Source of the DNA: Malacoraja senta
Lineage: Eukaryota
Direction: 5' to 3'
Length of the DNA: 64,000 nt
NCBI GenBank assembly: GCA_038087875.1
Contig: CM075986.1
Coordinates: forward strand, 13,082,001-13,146,000
The first letter of the stretch is position 1; each line of letters begins with the position of its first letter. Below the pieces are notes generated by a model. That model saw only the letters and a program-made list of their open reading frames with translations. It had not been told where the DNA came from and did not search any database. Below, piece after piece: positions 26,028 to 37,644 of the stretch. Both the position numbers and the translations under genes were made by a program.

Positions 26028-26303
26028 AAAAATAAAATACTTCCCCCTAGTCCCATCTACCTGCACTCAGACCATAACCCTCCATTCCTTTCCCGTCCAT
26101 ATACCCATCCAATCTATTTTTAAAGGATAACATCGAACCTGCCTCCACCACTTCCACTGGAAGCTCATTCCACACAGCTACCACTCTCTGAGTAAAGAAG
26201 TGGTCCCATCCAGGGACCCAATCAATCCTTATAGTTGAAGCAACAATTTGCATGTCTTTCTTCTAATTTACTGTGTGTAATTGGCGCACACAATATGTTG
26301 TAT
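25548..26303 (+). mobile_element. Decayed PLE ORF fragment (linker to GIY-YIG), split by CR1
   Basis: Remnants GFLSTMVDSAFD, HAFPSPSLSTF, SLLT[CR1]IQGPNQSL..KQQFAC.SSNL, colinear with the PLE ORF. Confidence 0.7.
25911..26200 (-). mobile_element. Young CR1 3' fragment, same subfamily as 39571-42811
   Basis: FFTQRVVAVWNELPVEVVEAGSMLSFKNRLDG is identical to the long copy; (ccatataa)n tail. Confidence 0.92.
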
Positions 26304-26655
26304 GGTACAGATAGTGTCATAGTTTTGTGGGACATCTACATTCAGTTAGTTTAATTCTCCCATTGTGACCTATTTGTCTGCTGCCTGCTGCACTGTTGCA
26401 ATGGAGCCCACTATAAGATTTAGGAACTGTACCTCTTCTTCCTTTGAGCACAATTTTAGAACAAAATATAATATTAACTTCATTCCATCCTCCTGTTTCA
26501 AAAGGCACATCCTCCAAGATGATTACCTTTACCATTAGAAGGAATGTGAACAAGGGCTGGATTGTATTGCCTTTCTTATTTTGCATATTAACTTGCAGAC
26601 ACACTGCCCTCCTTAATGTGAAAATAATAAAATAATATTAGGCAGACAGAAGTTA

Positions 26656-26913
26656 GGGCGGCACAATGGTGCAGCTGTTAAAGATGCTGCTTCACACTGC
26701 AAGAGACGCAGGTTCGATCCTGACCTCAGGTGCCTGCCTGTGTGGATTTTGCATGTTCTATCTGTGACCGCGAGCGTTTCCTCCACGTGCTCCGGTTTCA
26801 AGTGTGTAGATAGTGGATGAGAAAGTAGGATAACATAGAACTCGAATGAACGGGTTTGATGTTTGACTTGGACGGTGGGCTTAAGGGCCTGTTTCCATGC
26901 TGTATCTCTGAAC
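26656..26913 (+). mobile_element. tRNA-derived V-SINE (HE1-like)
   Basis: ggcggcacaatggtgcagc (A-box), ggttcgatcc (B-box), V-domain and CR1-type tail. Confidence 0.85.
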
Positions 26914-26914
26914 A

Positions 26915-28030
26915 AGTGTATGGCGGACTGCAGGAGGGGGGCACCGTTGTGTACGGCTGCCCTGCCTGCAGTTCGTCTTTACACCCTTGTTTTTTTTATT
27001 TTTAGTATGTTAAAAAGTTTTGATTTGGAGGTCTAGTCTTTTTATGTGGGGGGGGGGGGGGGGGACTGTTTTTCTCAGTCCCTACCTGGTTGGAGATGTG
27101 TCTTTCCTCCGAGCCACATCTTCGCCCCCTCCTCGCAGCTTACCACCTGGACTGGAGTGGCGTTTCCTGCCGGGACCGGCCAGAACTTCAGCTTCGGCGG
27201 CGGCGCAGCGCTGAAGTACCATCACATCGCGGAGTGGGCGATGCCTTACCGGGGATCAGCGTGGTGAGCTCCGGAGTGCTGAGAGCGCCGACTCCAACAT
27301 CGCAGGGCTGCGGCTGCGGACCTTCCAGCTGATGGCGCCGCTGACTTCAACACCGCAGAGCCTGAGATCTTTCGCCGAGGTCGCCAGTGTGAATCTCCGA
27401 CCAGCGCGGCCTGTGGACTTCGGGAGCCGCGGTCTCCGGTATGAAGCGGCCGTTTCAGAACTCCAAGCCGCTGAGAGTGTTCTCTCCGAAGTCGGAGCTC
27501 CATCATCCCGGCGAGAGGGCCTGAAATATCGGGCCTCAAATGGGCCCCGACCACGGGTGAACACTGAGGAAGAGGACTGGACTTTTTATTGCCTTCCCTC
27601 ACAGTGGAAAATGTTGATTCCGCTGTGGGGGGACGTTCATGTTAAATTCTATAGTAATAATAATAATAATGGATGGGATTTATATAGCGCCTTTCTAATA
27701 CTCAAGGCGCTTTACATCGCATTATTCATTCACTCCTCAGTCACACTCGGTGGTGGTGAGCTACTTCTGTAGCCACAGCTGCCCTGGGGCAGACTGACGG
27801 AAGCGTGGCTGCTAATCTGCGCCTACGGCCCCTCCGACCACCACCAATCACTCACACACATTCACACACATTCACACGCAGGCAAAGGTGGGTGAAGTGT
27901 CTTGCCCAAGGACACAACGACAGTATGCACTCCAAGCGGGATTCGAACCGGCTACCTTTCGGTTGCCAGTGTGTTGTGTCCTAATTTTTATCTTGTATGG
28001 ATGTATGGAAACCCAAATTTTTCTATGTAC
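26915..28030 (+). mobile_element. GC-rich family, copy B, interrupted by a SINE
   Basis: 5' ggcaccgt..ggctgcc, GC-rich body, hairpin 27594-27633, tail ttgtatgg..gtatgg. Confidence 0.65.
27655..27967 (-). mobile_element. tRNA-derived CORE-type SINE with L2-like tail
   Basis: Reverse complement shows ggttcgaatcc (B-box), gtgtccttgggcaagacacttcaccc (CORE-like), a 3' stem-loop agcgcctt/aaggcgct and an (att)n tail. Confidence 0.75.
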
Positions 28031-28578
28031 AGCACTTTGGTTTCAACTCGAGTCGATTTAAATGTGCTGTATAAATACAAATTGATTGATTGATTGATTA
28101 ATTGAACAAAACTAACAAAAGGAGCTACTTATGTTTGGTGTCTGTTACGAAAGTTTCACAGCACTGAAACACATTCATTTAAGCTTCCTCCCACTTACCA
28201 GTATCTATAGATACAGTAGTCATAGGACGTACAAATATCTAATCTTTCTGGTTTCTAATTAAATTACTTAGGATCAGGAATTTAATATTTTTGCAAAAAA
28301 CATTGATTCTATCACCATGAGCTCTTGCAAGATAAAAATACCAAAGGAAGCCGCATGAACCATTATGTCTCTCCTGGCCCTTTGCCAGAATAATCAACAA
28401 TGAAAGGAAGCAAATCTTCAACATTTTACCCTCATTTAAAATGCATATAGGTTTTCCCTTTGGAAATCTCTACTTCCACTTTCCCTGTGGCCAGTCATTC
28501 AATGCTCCAGTAATACTCCGTCTGAAAAAGAAATCCTCCTAAACTCTCGCCTCTCTCCCCATGTTCATTTGAAACTAA

Positions 28579-28650
28579 AGAAACGTTGCCTATTTCCATT
28601 GCTCCATAGATGCTGCCTCAACCGCTGAGTTTCTCCAGCATTTTTGACGA
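28579..28650 (+). mobile_element. Short PLE terminal fragment with 13-bp TSD
   Basis: TSD catttgaaactaa at 28566-28578 and 28651-28663. Confidence 0.8.
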
Positions 28651-29252
28651 CATTTGAAACTAATGATCATTTGTCGTGGACTTGCCAGCCTCAGGAAATA
28701 GTCCCTTCTTCTATTATTAAAAAAACTCAATTTAATAATTTCTTTCCCTTCTCCCTTGCAGAATTCTCTGTATACACATTGTTTCTCTGCATATTTTTAA
28801 TTCCAGCAAACATTAAATTTATAGAAAGCTAGAACTGGTTTACATTTCAGATCATATTAATTTAAAGCTCCTTTGGAAAACCCAGAATATTACTGCTATT
28901 GAATATGCTCTCTCACGGGTAGCCTGGAAACTCTTACTTGTCATTAACTTTGTTGCCAGAGAATACAATTCATTGAATATGGAAGGGACTATGAGGCCCA
29001 TTATGTCTGTGCTGGTTGAAAAAGAGTTAACCAACCCCATCCAATTTTCAGCAGTGGGTCTGAAGCCCTACGAATCACAGCTTTTCAAGTTCATATTCAG
29101 ATTCAAAATTACATTTTGAGGTTCATTGCCTCTCCTTTCAAGCAATGAGTTCCAGATCCATTCCGTGTAGGGGAAAATAACTTTCCTCAACTTCCCCTCT
29201 AATTTCACAAACCCTTGTTTTTTGGCTTCTTTGCTAAAGGAAATGAATCCTT

Positions 29253-29590
29253 TATAGAGGCACCAAACGTCGTGAATAAACGGTTTCTTTATTCAGGCAT
29301 TATAGGTTAGATGTACATGCACTTTTAGTCCTCTAACACAAAAGTAATTGTTGATGCTGTGAGGTTGTTGCCTCGTGGGCTCGAGCTGAGCTCCTGCTAA
29401 GGTGGCAGGACACTCACGCCAAGAGAGAGGAAGAGGAAGCGAGGGAAGGTTAACCCGGGGTTCGTTATATCTACTAGGACACACCCCTATACCCCGTGAC
29501 AACTCTTCCCCGCCATTGCCCAGTCACGTGACATTACCCCCGACTGCCGAGGGTTCATGCAACAAGTGGCCTAACCACCGGGTGCCGCCA
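29253..29590 (-). mobile_element. Candidate solo LTR
   Basis: About 340 bp, CpG-rich, inside an old CR1 tail; terminal ggcacc/ggtgcc inverted repeat; minus-strand TATA-like gatataac then aataaa. TG..CA termini and TSD are imperfect. Confidence 0.4.
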
Positions 29591-31704
29591 AGTCTTCCTA
29601 TTTATTCTATCTAGGACACTAGAATTTTATGAATCAGTTAAGTCCACCTTTGGCCTTCTCAGTTCTAAAGCCCAACTACCACTAGGTACCATGTTCCATT
29701 CCTGGCAATATCCACATCAAGTGATTTTACTTGACAATAAAATGAGTTGATGAATAAACATGGATACTTTATCTAAATATTATTCCTCTACTTTGCTCAT
29801 TCGATTTTGATGGATTTATAGAATATTTTCACCCATCATTCACAAATCTTGTTTCTCTAACTGATCATATAATGAATTTCACAATGTGAGTATTTTTGCT
29901 TATCTCGTGATCTTTTTGCTTGTTTCATCAAGAGGTATCAATCAACTGGTGCACAGCTGGAATAAAATCTGTGTTGTGTGTGTTCAGTTTCTCCTTTTCT
30001 GCTGCCATTATCACTGATTGATTTGCTTGTACTGTTATTAATTACAGTGCAGTAGAATGTCGCTGCGGAAATATAATCCATTGAAAACTGTCTGAGGGTG
30101 AGAAACGGATGTATGAGAGTAGATAGGGAGGGAGGGAGAGAGAGAGAGATGGGTTGGAATGAGAGCAAGACATGGCTCCTCTTAGCTGATAATAGTTGTG
30201 CATTAATGAGATTCAGCAGCCCTGTGGTTTGCAACCTGCATTCATCAGCTTTGCTGGATCTTTCATCCTTGCTGGAACCAACAGAAACCAGCAATAACCC
30301 AATCAAGCTAATCTACTTGGCAACTTTTACTGTAATTTGGGATTTTTGGTCCTAATGATGGTTAGTTCAGCTGCTTGAGAATTTTGTCAGCAACAAAATT
30401 CATTGATGTATTTATGGTGTACATAATAAAGCTATAATTCCTATAATTTTATGCCAAAGTGTACAGGAAGTAAACAGATCTGGATCATTTTATGATAATA
30501 TATATATATATTTAAAAATTTGAAAGATTACTTCTTGAATGTAATTACTATTATGCAGGTAAAGGCTATACTGCACTGTCAACCACTCACATGTGATAGT
30601 GAGAATAAGTGTTACTTATTCAGGAAAAGATGCATGATCATATCACGTATATTAGCTGGTAAGAATCTGTGAAGAATTCATAATCATGGTTGTGGATAGG
30701 CTTGTCCATGCTCGATGTTACTGGGAAAGAGCCTAGAGGGAAAGGGAGGAAGGGATGCTTGAAATTACTCCCCCTTGTCTGCTCTTGCCCTGGACCTCCA
30801 AGAATACCTGCGTGCTTCACAGTTATTAGTGCAGGATGGAATGAGAAATTAGGTTAGTTTGCAAAGGAAAAGCCACACAAAGTAAATCAGAATGCAAGCA
30901 TATTGTTGGCTGATTACTTCCCAGCAACACCTGTTTTGTGGAAAATAGAGGGAAAAGAGATTTATTTCTTGTAAAGCGTCGCATTAACTAGGGAAGAAAT
31001 ATTAATTTAGTTAAACATTTTGTACTTTAATCTATTTACTGTAAAAATTATTTTTTGATGCCTCAGCATCAAGTCATTAAATATCATTGTGAGCCTTTCA
31101 CCTATGACACATTGGCAACTACGTATTCAATATGCCCAACACTAAAAAAAAGACATTCTAAAAATAGAATATTTTAAAATCAATTTTTGACCATATTCTG
31201 TAATACATTATAAATTCCAATTGAATTTAAATCAGATTTTCTTTATCAAGAAAAAATGTTGCAAGCGTTGGGAATCTAAATTTCAAAATGTTCTGTCCTT
31301 GCTGGAAGGAACATTTTGAAGAACGCTTTGAACCAGACTTAGTCTTTCACATGGGTATCCATGACTACTTCCCACAAAACACAATCTGTTCCAGACTCAT
31401 CGCTAACAAACATGAGGCTGAAATGATGATTTGCCAACTGGAAAATAACATAGCCTATGGAGCAGATGGTGCCCTACCGAAGTTCTAAACTGTGGCAGGG
31501 AGGAACATCTGGCATGAATTCATAATCTAATCTCCCTCACCTGGGAAGTGGACCACAGAACTTCAGAGACATTGTAATCGTGGCCATCTTTAAGAAGGGA
31601 GGCACATTAATTGCAGTAAGTAGAGAAGGGTCTCCAGCTGCCTTGCATAGGCAAAGTCATTACATGAGCCCTCCCAGTGATCAAAGGGCTTCTGGACAAA
31701 TCAC

Positions 31705-32080
31705 CGAAGATGGACACAAAAAGCTGGAGTAACTCAGCGGGCCAGACAGCATCACTGGAGAAAAGGAATAGGTGACGTTTTGAGTTGAGACTTAGAGTCA
31801 GGGGAAAGGGAAATAAGAGATATTGACGGTGATATAGGGAGATATAGAACAAATGAATGAAAGATAAGCAAAAAAATAACGATGATAAAGGAGACAGGAC
31901 ATTGTTAGCTATGAGCCAGGTGAGAACGAGTTACTGACAATGACACACAACAAGATGATTTTAAAGTTAGTGCGACTTGGGTGGGGAAGGGATGGAGAGA
32001 GGGTTAGAGAAGTTAGAGAATTCAATATTCATACCGCTGGGTTGTAAGCTGCCCAAGCAAAATATGAGGTGCTGTTCCGG
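31705..32080 (-). mobile_element. PLE 3' end with TSD
   Basis: EQHLIFCLGSLQPSGMNIEFSNF C-terminus; TSD gacaaatcac at 31695-31704 and 32087-32096. Confidence 0.85.
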
Positions 32081-32118
32081 TTCCTAGACAAATCACGATG
32101 TTGTTTCTGTCCATCAAG

Positions 32119-32201
32119 ATAGACACAAAAAACTGGAGTAACTCAGCGGGACAGGCAGCATTTCTGGAGAGAAGGAATGGGTGACGTTTCGGGGCAAGAC
32201 C
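32119..32201 (-). mobile_element. Short PLE terminal fragment with 12-bp TSD
   Basis: TSD ctgtccatcaag at 32107-32118 and 32202-32213. Confidence 0.85.
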
Positions 32202-32659
32202 CTGTCCATCAAGGGTTGGAATAGAGAAAAGGTTTAATTTCTCTTTATTGTAAGGTTCAGAATGCTCATGAAAAAAATATATAGACCACTTAAAGATTAA
32301 AAAATAGTCAATTGGAGATGGGCCAATTTCATTGCAATGAGAACATATCTGGCCTGGATAAATTTGAATGAAAGCCTGCCAGGCAAAATGGTACTTTCAT
32401 GATCAAGCTTTTTAAGCAGTCAAGATACTTCTTATGAGAGAAAAGAGTAAAACAGGAAAACTCTGGATCACCAAAAAGACTGAGATTAGAATACAGCTGA
32501 TGGCTGCTGTCAAATGGTTGATGCCCGCTTGTTAACACCAGGCTGGTTACAGAAAGAGGAAGAAGAAAAGGAAATGAGAGACAAAGGGAGGTCAAAGAGT
32601 GGCAGCAAACACAATGACAAATTGAGAAATATTCTTTAGGCATTCAGAGAAAAGCACCT

Positions 32660-33580
32660 GTGAGCAGTAGGTTAAGCCAATCGGAGTCCAATAAGGAATA
32701 TATTTGTGATATATATAAATGTCTTGGACGGAAACGTAGACTGGTTGGTTAGTAAGTTTGCAGATGACACCAAGATTGCTTGAGTCACAGACTGTGAGGA
32801 AGGCTGTCAAGCAGGATAGATCAACTACAGAAATGGGCGGAAAATAGTAGATGGAGTTTAATCCGAACAATGTGAGGTACTACATATTGGGAGGTCAAAT
32901 GAATGGGGAAAATAGACAATTAATGGCATTGATGTACAGAGGTATCTTGGGGTCCAAGTCTATAACTCCCTGAAAGTGGCAATACATGTCGGTAAAGATT
33001 TAAGGATCACTCATACATGCTTGCTTTCATAGGTTGGAGCATTGAGTATAAGAGTCGGGATTTGGAGTTTGGAAGACAGAGTGCAGATTTGGTTGCCCCA
33101 TTACAGGAAAGATGTGGAGGCTTTAGAAAGGGTACAGAGGAGGTGTACCAGAATTATGCCTGGATTAGGGAGTATTAGCTGCAGGGAAATGTTGGACAGA
33201 CTTGGATTGTTTTCTTCAGAAAGCTAGAGGATAAAAGTATAGACATTTATGAGAGGCATAGATGGAGTCAACTGTCAGAATCTTTTCCCCAGAATGGAAA
33301 GTTATATACTAAACAGCAGAGATTTAAGGTGAGAGGGGCAAAGTTTAATGGTGATTGTGGGATAACTTTTTTGCACAGGGTGGTGAGTGCCTGGAACCCG
33401 CTGACAGGGGTGGTAGGTGTGGCACAGTGGAATTTAAGAGACTTTTGGATTGGCATGTGGATATGCAGGAAATGGAGAGATGTAGATTATAAACAGGTGG
33501 GGAAGAGATGCTCTTGGCAACACATTCAGCACATTGTGTGCTAAAGACCTTTTTCTTGTGTTGTGCTGTTCTATGTTATA
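32660..33580 (+). mobile_element. Decayed CR1 LINE 3' portion
   Basis: SKFADDTKI and VQIWLPHYRKDVEALERVQRR motifs. Confidence 0.85.
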
Positions 33581-34017
33581 AAAGCTGGTATTTTCACACT
33601 GTTATTAATTATATAAATTTAAGGATCACTCATACTAGGAGCTCTACCTTCAAAGTTGCCTTTTCATTTTGAATAAATAATATATCTTCAACATATAATA
33701 ATTTCTGTAGTTTTGAACCAAATTTGCTGCAATTTACAAAATGCCAGTACATTTCTTTTGTTGAAAATCAAAAAAACTGCATATAATGGAATTTTAAATA
33801 GAAAATATATGCTAGAAACACGCAATGGATCAGGCAGTGTCAGTGGAAAGAGAGAGTTTACATTTCAGGTCTGGTAGACACTGCCAAGCATTTCTCAGAT
33901 TTTCTGCTTTTATTCATTTCTTTTGTTGGATGAATGGAAATAAAATCATCAACTCAGTAAGGGTCCTTGTGGTGAAATTACAAAGACTGCTTATCAACTC
34001 TTCATTACATTTTTCAG

Positions 34018-34122
34018 AAAAGGGATAATCCACAGATGACACCTGCTTTCTCTGCAAGAGCTAATGAACTGAAGCGAAAAGATAAATACATGAACACACT
34101 CTTTTCCAGTCATGTACGAAAG
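34018..34122 (+). CDS. myo1d: Myosin-Id coding exon (TH1 domain)
   Basis: ttttcag| ... |gtaagt, 105 bp, phase 0/0. KRDNPQMTPAFSARANELKRKDKYMNTLFSSHVRK matches MYO1D ANELKRKDKYMNVLFSCHVRK. Confidence 0.95.
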
Positions 34123-35088
34123 GTAAGTATATGATTTTTAATGAGAGAACAGGTTGTCATGAGTTTCACCTTTCAGACACATCTAGAACCATAGAATTAT
34201 TACAGCCCATCAAGCCAATGCTGTTTTTTTTTATAGTATACTCCAGTCAATCCCAATCCATCATTCATTTGTTTGCGTTGATGCCTGTATAAGACACTTA
34301 TTTTATTTCGACTGTTGGCAGTTACATAAAACCTCTTTTGTGTGTAATGTTTGGCTCAAATTGAACAATGTCACTGCATCTAAGGATAATAGGACATAAG
34401 GTAGAAACTTCTGGAGAATGTAGAGTAACAAATGCTGTTACACTCATTGTTCCTCCAATCTAAGCAGTCTCTGCTTCAAAGCTTTTACTTGGAATTCAAA
34501 GAATGGAAACTTCAGCATAACAACATTGTGGTGAAAGTAGTTATTAAATTTCCCACTGTTAATTTTCAAAAATGTGCAAAAATGTTCCTTTCCTGAGCAC
34601 AGATGTCCCTTTGATGAACAGAGTAAAAGTATTCAAAATCTTTAAAGTTACATTTGAGAATGGAAACTAGATTTTTGGATAGTCAGTTTTACATATTTGC
34701 CCAGCAGATGTGTACCACAATTAATATTTAAAAGTATTCACAATGACCACAGATGGGGTTCTATGTTTCTCAATATAAGAATGAGCAGGTATATTTTAAA
34801 AAAAAACTGCATACTGTTTAGCTCACAATATGATGTGTTAAATTCTTCATTTTTAAAGATGTCATTTTGAAGTAACCTCAACATAGCTCAACCTAATAGA
34901 ATGTCAAATTCTGCTTTCTAATTGGTGCTAATTTGGCCGTTTCTGTTAGAAAGTTGGGTGATAGGAAAAATAGGGCGTAATTATGCTCGGAAGAGACATT
35001 CTAACTTTGAGCGATAATTTTTGCGCATTGCTAATAATTTTGGATTGGTTTCATTGTTTATACTATATTTGTTTGTCTCTCCCTACAG

Positions 35089-35202
35089 ATAAATAGATTT
35101 AATAAACCTGAAGATCGTGCAATTTTCATCACTGACCGGCATTTGTACAAATTGGATCCATTGAAGCAATATCAAGTGATGAAGACTATCCCATTGTATA
35201 AT
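35089..35202 (+). CDS. myo1d: Myosin-Id coding exon (TH1/PH-like fold)
   Basis: ccctacag| ... |gtaggt, 114 bp, phase 0/0. Translates [38 protein letters not shown]. Confidence 0.96.
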
Positions 35203-37644
35203 GTAGGTCACAGTCTAAAAGTCTCTGTTTGGAGTAGCTATTAAAATTCCATATTATCTTGAGAATAACCTATATCCTGGGGTTGTGGAAATGGGTATGC
35301 CTGTCTTTTTACACTGCCTCCATGGTTTATTATCTCTATGATAAGGCAGCCAGGAACCCGCTGTGATGTTGTGTCATTTCCACTTTATAGCTGGACACAA
35401 TTAGATGACAGGCGCAACCTCCAGTGACTTGCTGTTGTATTCTCCTTTGACCTGTGCAACGAAGGGAGCTTCAATTAGCTCAGCTCCTCATCCCAGTTCC
35501 TTCTCCACCTGGCAGCACAGTTGTTTATCATTGCCATTTGGGACATTTCCTTGCAAAGACCTACCTTTCTAAGATATGATAAACTGCAACATAAATATTT
35601 AGAACTACACTTCACCAAGCTCCCTTCACTTTGTCCCCTCACAATATGAAAAGTTGGCCCTACAATGTAGACCTAATATTTTCTACTTCACTGATTAAGA
35701 CTGACACTAAACCAAACATGAGACAAGTCCACTGCCTGAAGCTTTTAAAATTCTGCAGTCATGAGTTTCACTTTCGGATTAACATCTACCTAAACTCTAC
35801 ATATGAATGTTAATTAAAATCCAACAGAATCATTTCCGGAATGGATAGATTTATTTTATATAAAGAAAAATCTCTTATATTGTATATTGTACTATTTGTT
35901 CAAATATTTGTTTTTTTCTTCTCAACCATAACCTGTGAAAGGATGTCAAATTTGCTTTTTATTTGTATTATGTACTTGAAGAAGGCATCCGATGCGCTTG
36001 AAGATCGATTTTTGTAGCATTATGTGCACAGATGTTCAATGGTAAATTCATCTTACTGTCAGAATAGTTCAGTATCAGCATTTCCGTGGTAACCCAGTTT
36101 CCATAGCAATCCCCTTGGAGACCGCATCAGCTGATGTCTCGCTGCATGGTGGAACATAGTTGCTGTGAACATAAAATAATCAGGTTGCTTAACTAGTATA
36201 CCTCAATGTGTCTCTCCAAATTAAAGGATGTAGTAGTAATCACTGTCAGGGAAGGGCAAACCATTTTGCTTGTGTCAAATTCAACCACAATAAAAGGCCA
36301 ATTTCTGAATTAACTGTTTGTGGATCTTAAATGCATCTCGTTTGCAGAAATTGAACCTGGGTTTTGTTTGGTTTAATGTACAAATGATGAACATTTAAAA
36401 AATTCTGCCTTTGTCTAATTCTATTTTGATTCTGGGAAACCTAGTGGTCAAAAGAATCCAATAGAAATTGGAAGTTCTTAGGGGTGTTATAAGGGAAGGA
36501 ATCTTTGCATTCAGCTATCTGTAGCTTCACTGTATAAGTAGTTATGTTCTAGATGAGCAGTTGAATACTAATAGATCCCTGAATATTGGAAGTGTACTAA
36601 CATGCATTAAAGAATGACATGTTAAAATGGGCTGACTGGACTGTTGTCTGGGCTGCTTTGTCCCATTGCCTTTTATATGTTGTCTTGAACTGATGATGCC
36701 TGCAGTTAGGACTGAATCTGTTTTAATTAGCAATAAAAATGACGTAATTTTTTTCTTTTATAGAGAATTGGCAAATGTCCATTTTGTTTCTGTGCTCTGC
36801 AGAGCTGCTGTTCAATCTAAAGAAGAGAAAAATAAATAAGATGGAAGGGTGGGGAGGTGACATAATTTGAAGTTACTTATGCTATGTCTTTATTTAACAA
36901 AATACCAAAACAAGATTCTTGAGAGGACTACAGCTAAAGTTTAAGCTGATTCATTTAAAGATGAACATTTTTGGTTTCATCAATTTAAAAATATCTAATT
37001 TTGAATAATGGATAGTTTGTGGATGTAATCATTCATTTCCTTTCATTAGGTTATTCAGCTCCACATGACTGTGCTGTCTCTTTGAGAAGGCTGTGAAATT
37101 ATTTATTCTTCCTTGCTCTTTTCTTGTGGCCCTACAAACTTAAAATGTTTCCTGTGTAATACTTCTCCACGTGTGCATTATTACATAGATGACTTTTGCT
37201 CAGATATCCGATACATATTTCCCATGTACTTCACTCTGAGATATACATTGTTTCCCAAGTGACGTGCTGCTTGGTAAACAACATTCCCCCTGTGACTCTT
37301 TCTCAGGTATCTTTTATTCTTATGAAATCCATGTTTCCTAATGAGACTTATTATTTTGTGTTTGTGACTCTGCCTGGTCTCCATTATTTGTGACACGACT
37401 CAATTGCTAGTATCCCACAGGTTAATATGCAGATAGAGCAAGCAACTGCAAAGCGTGTTAGTGGCATGTTAGTTTTTATTCCAACAGCATTGGAATAAAA
37501 TGGTAGGACCGCATGCAGAACAAGCAGCACTGTGTAGGTAGACCCATTGTTTCAGTGCTCTAGCCCCACCAAACATATTTCTTCCCCTTTACTCTATTTT
37601 CCCTACTCTAGTCTGGTTCCTTCCCATGTATTATCTAAGTTTAT

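Larger units (their letters stand above)
31285..32220 (+). mobile_element. Decayed RTE-like LINE fragment carrying two PLE insertions
   Basis: Remnants WKEHFEE and FRDIVIVAIFKKG...NCSK*RRVS, plus an ESQCGFRP-like stretch split by the insertions. Confidence 0.6.

Noticed and set aside
30040-30350. Possible conserved non-coding element or internal promoter around a GA-rich tract
   Set aside because: Cannot be supported without alignments or chromatin data.
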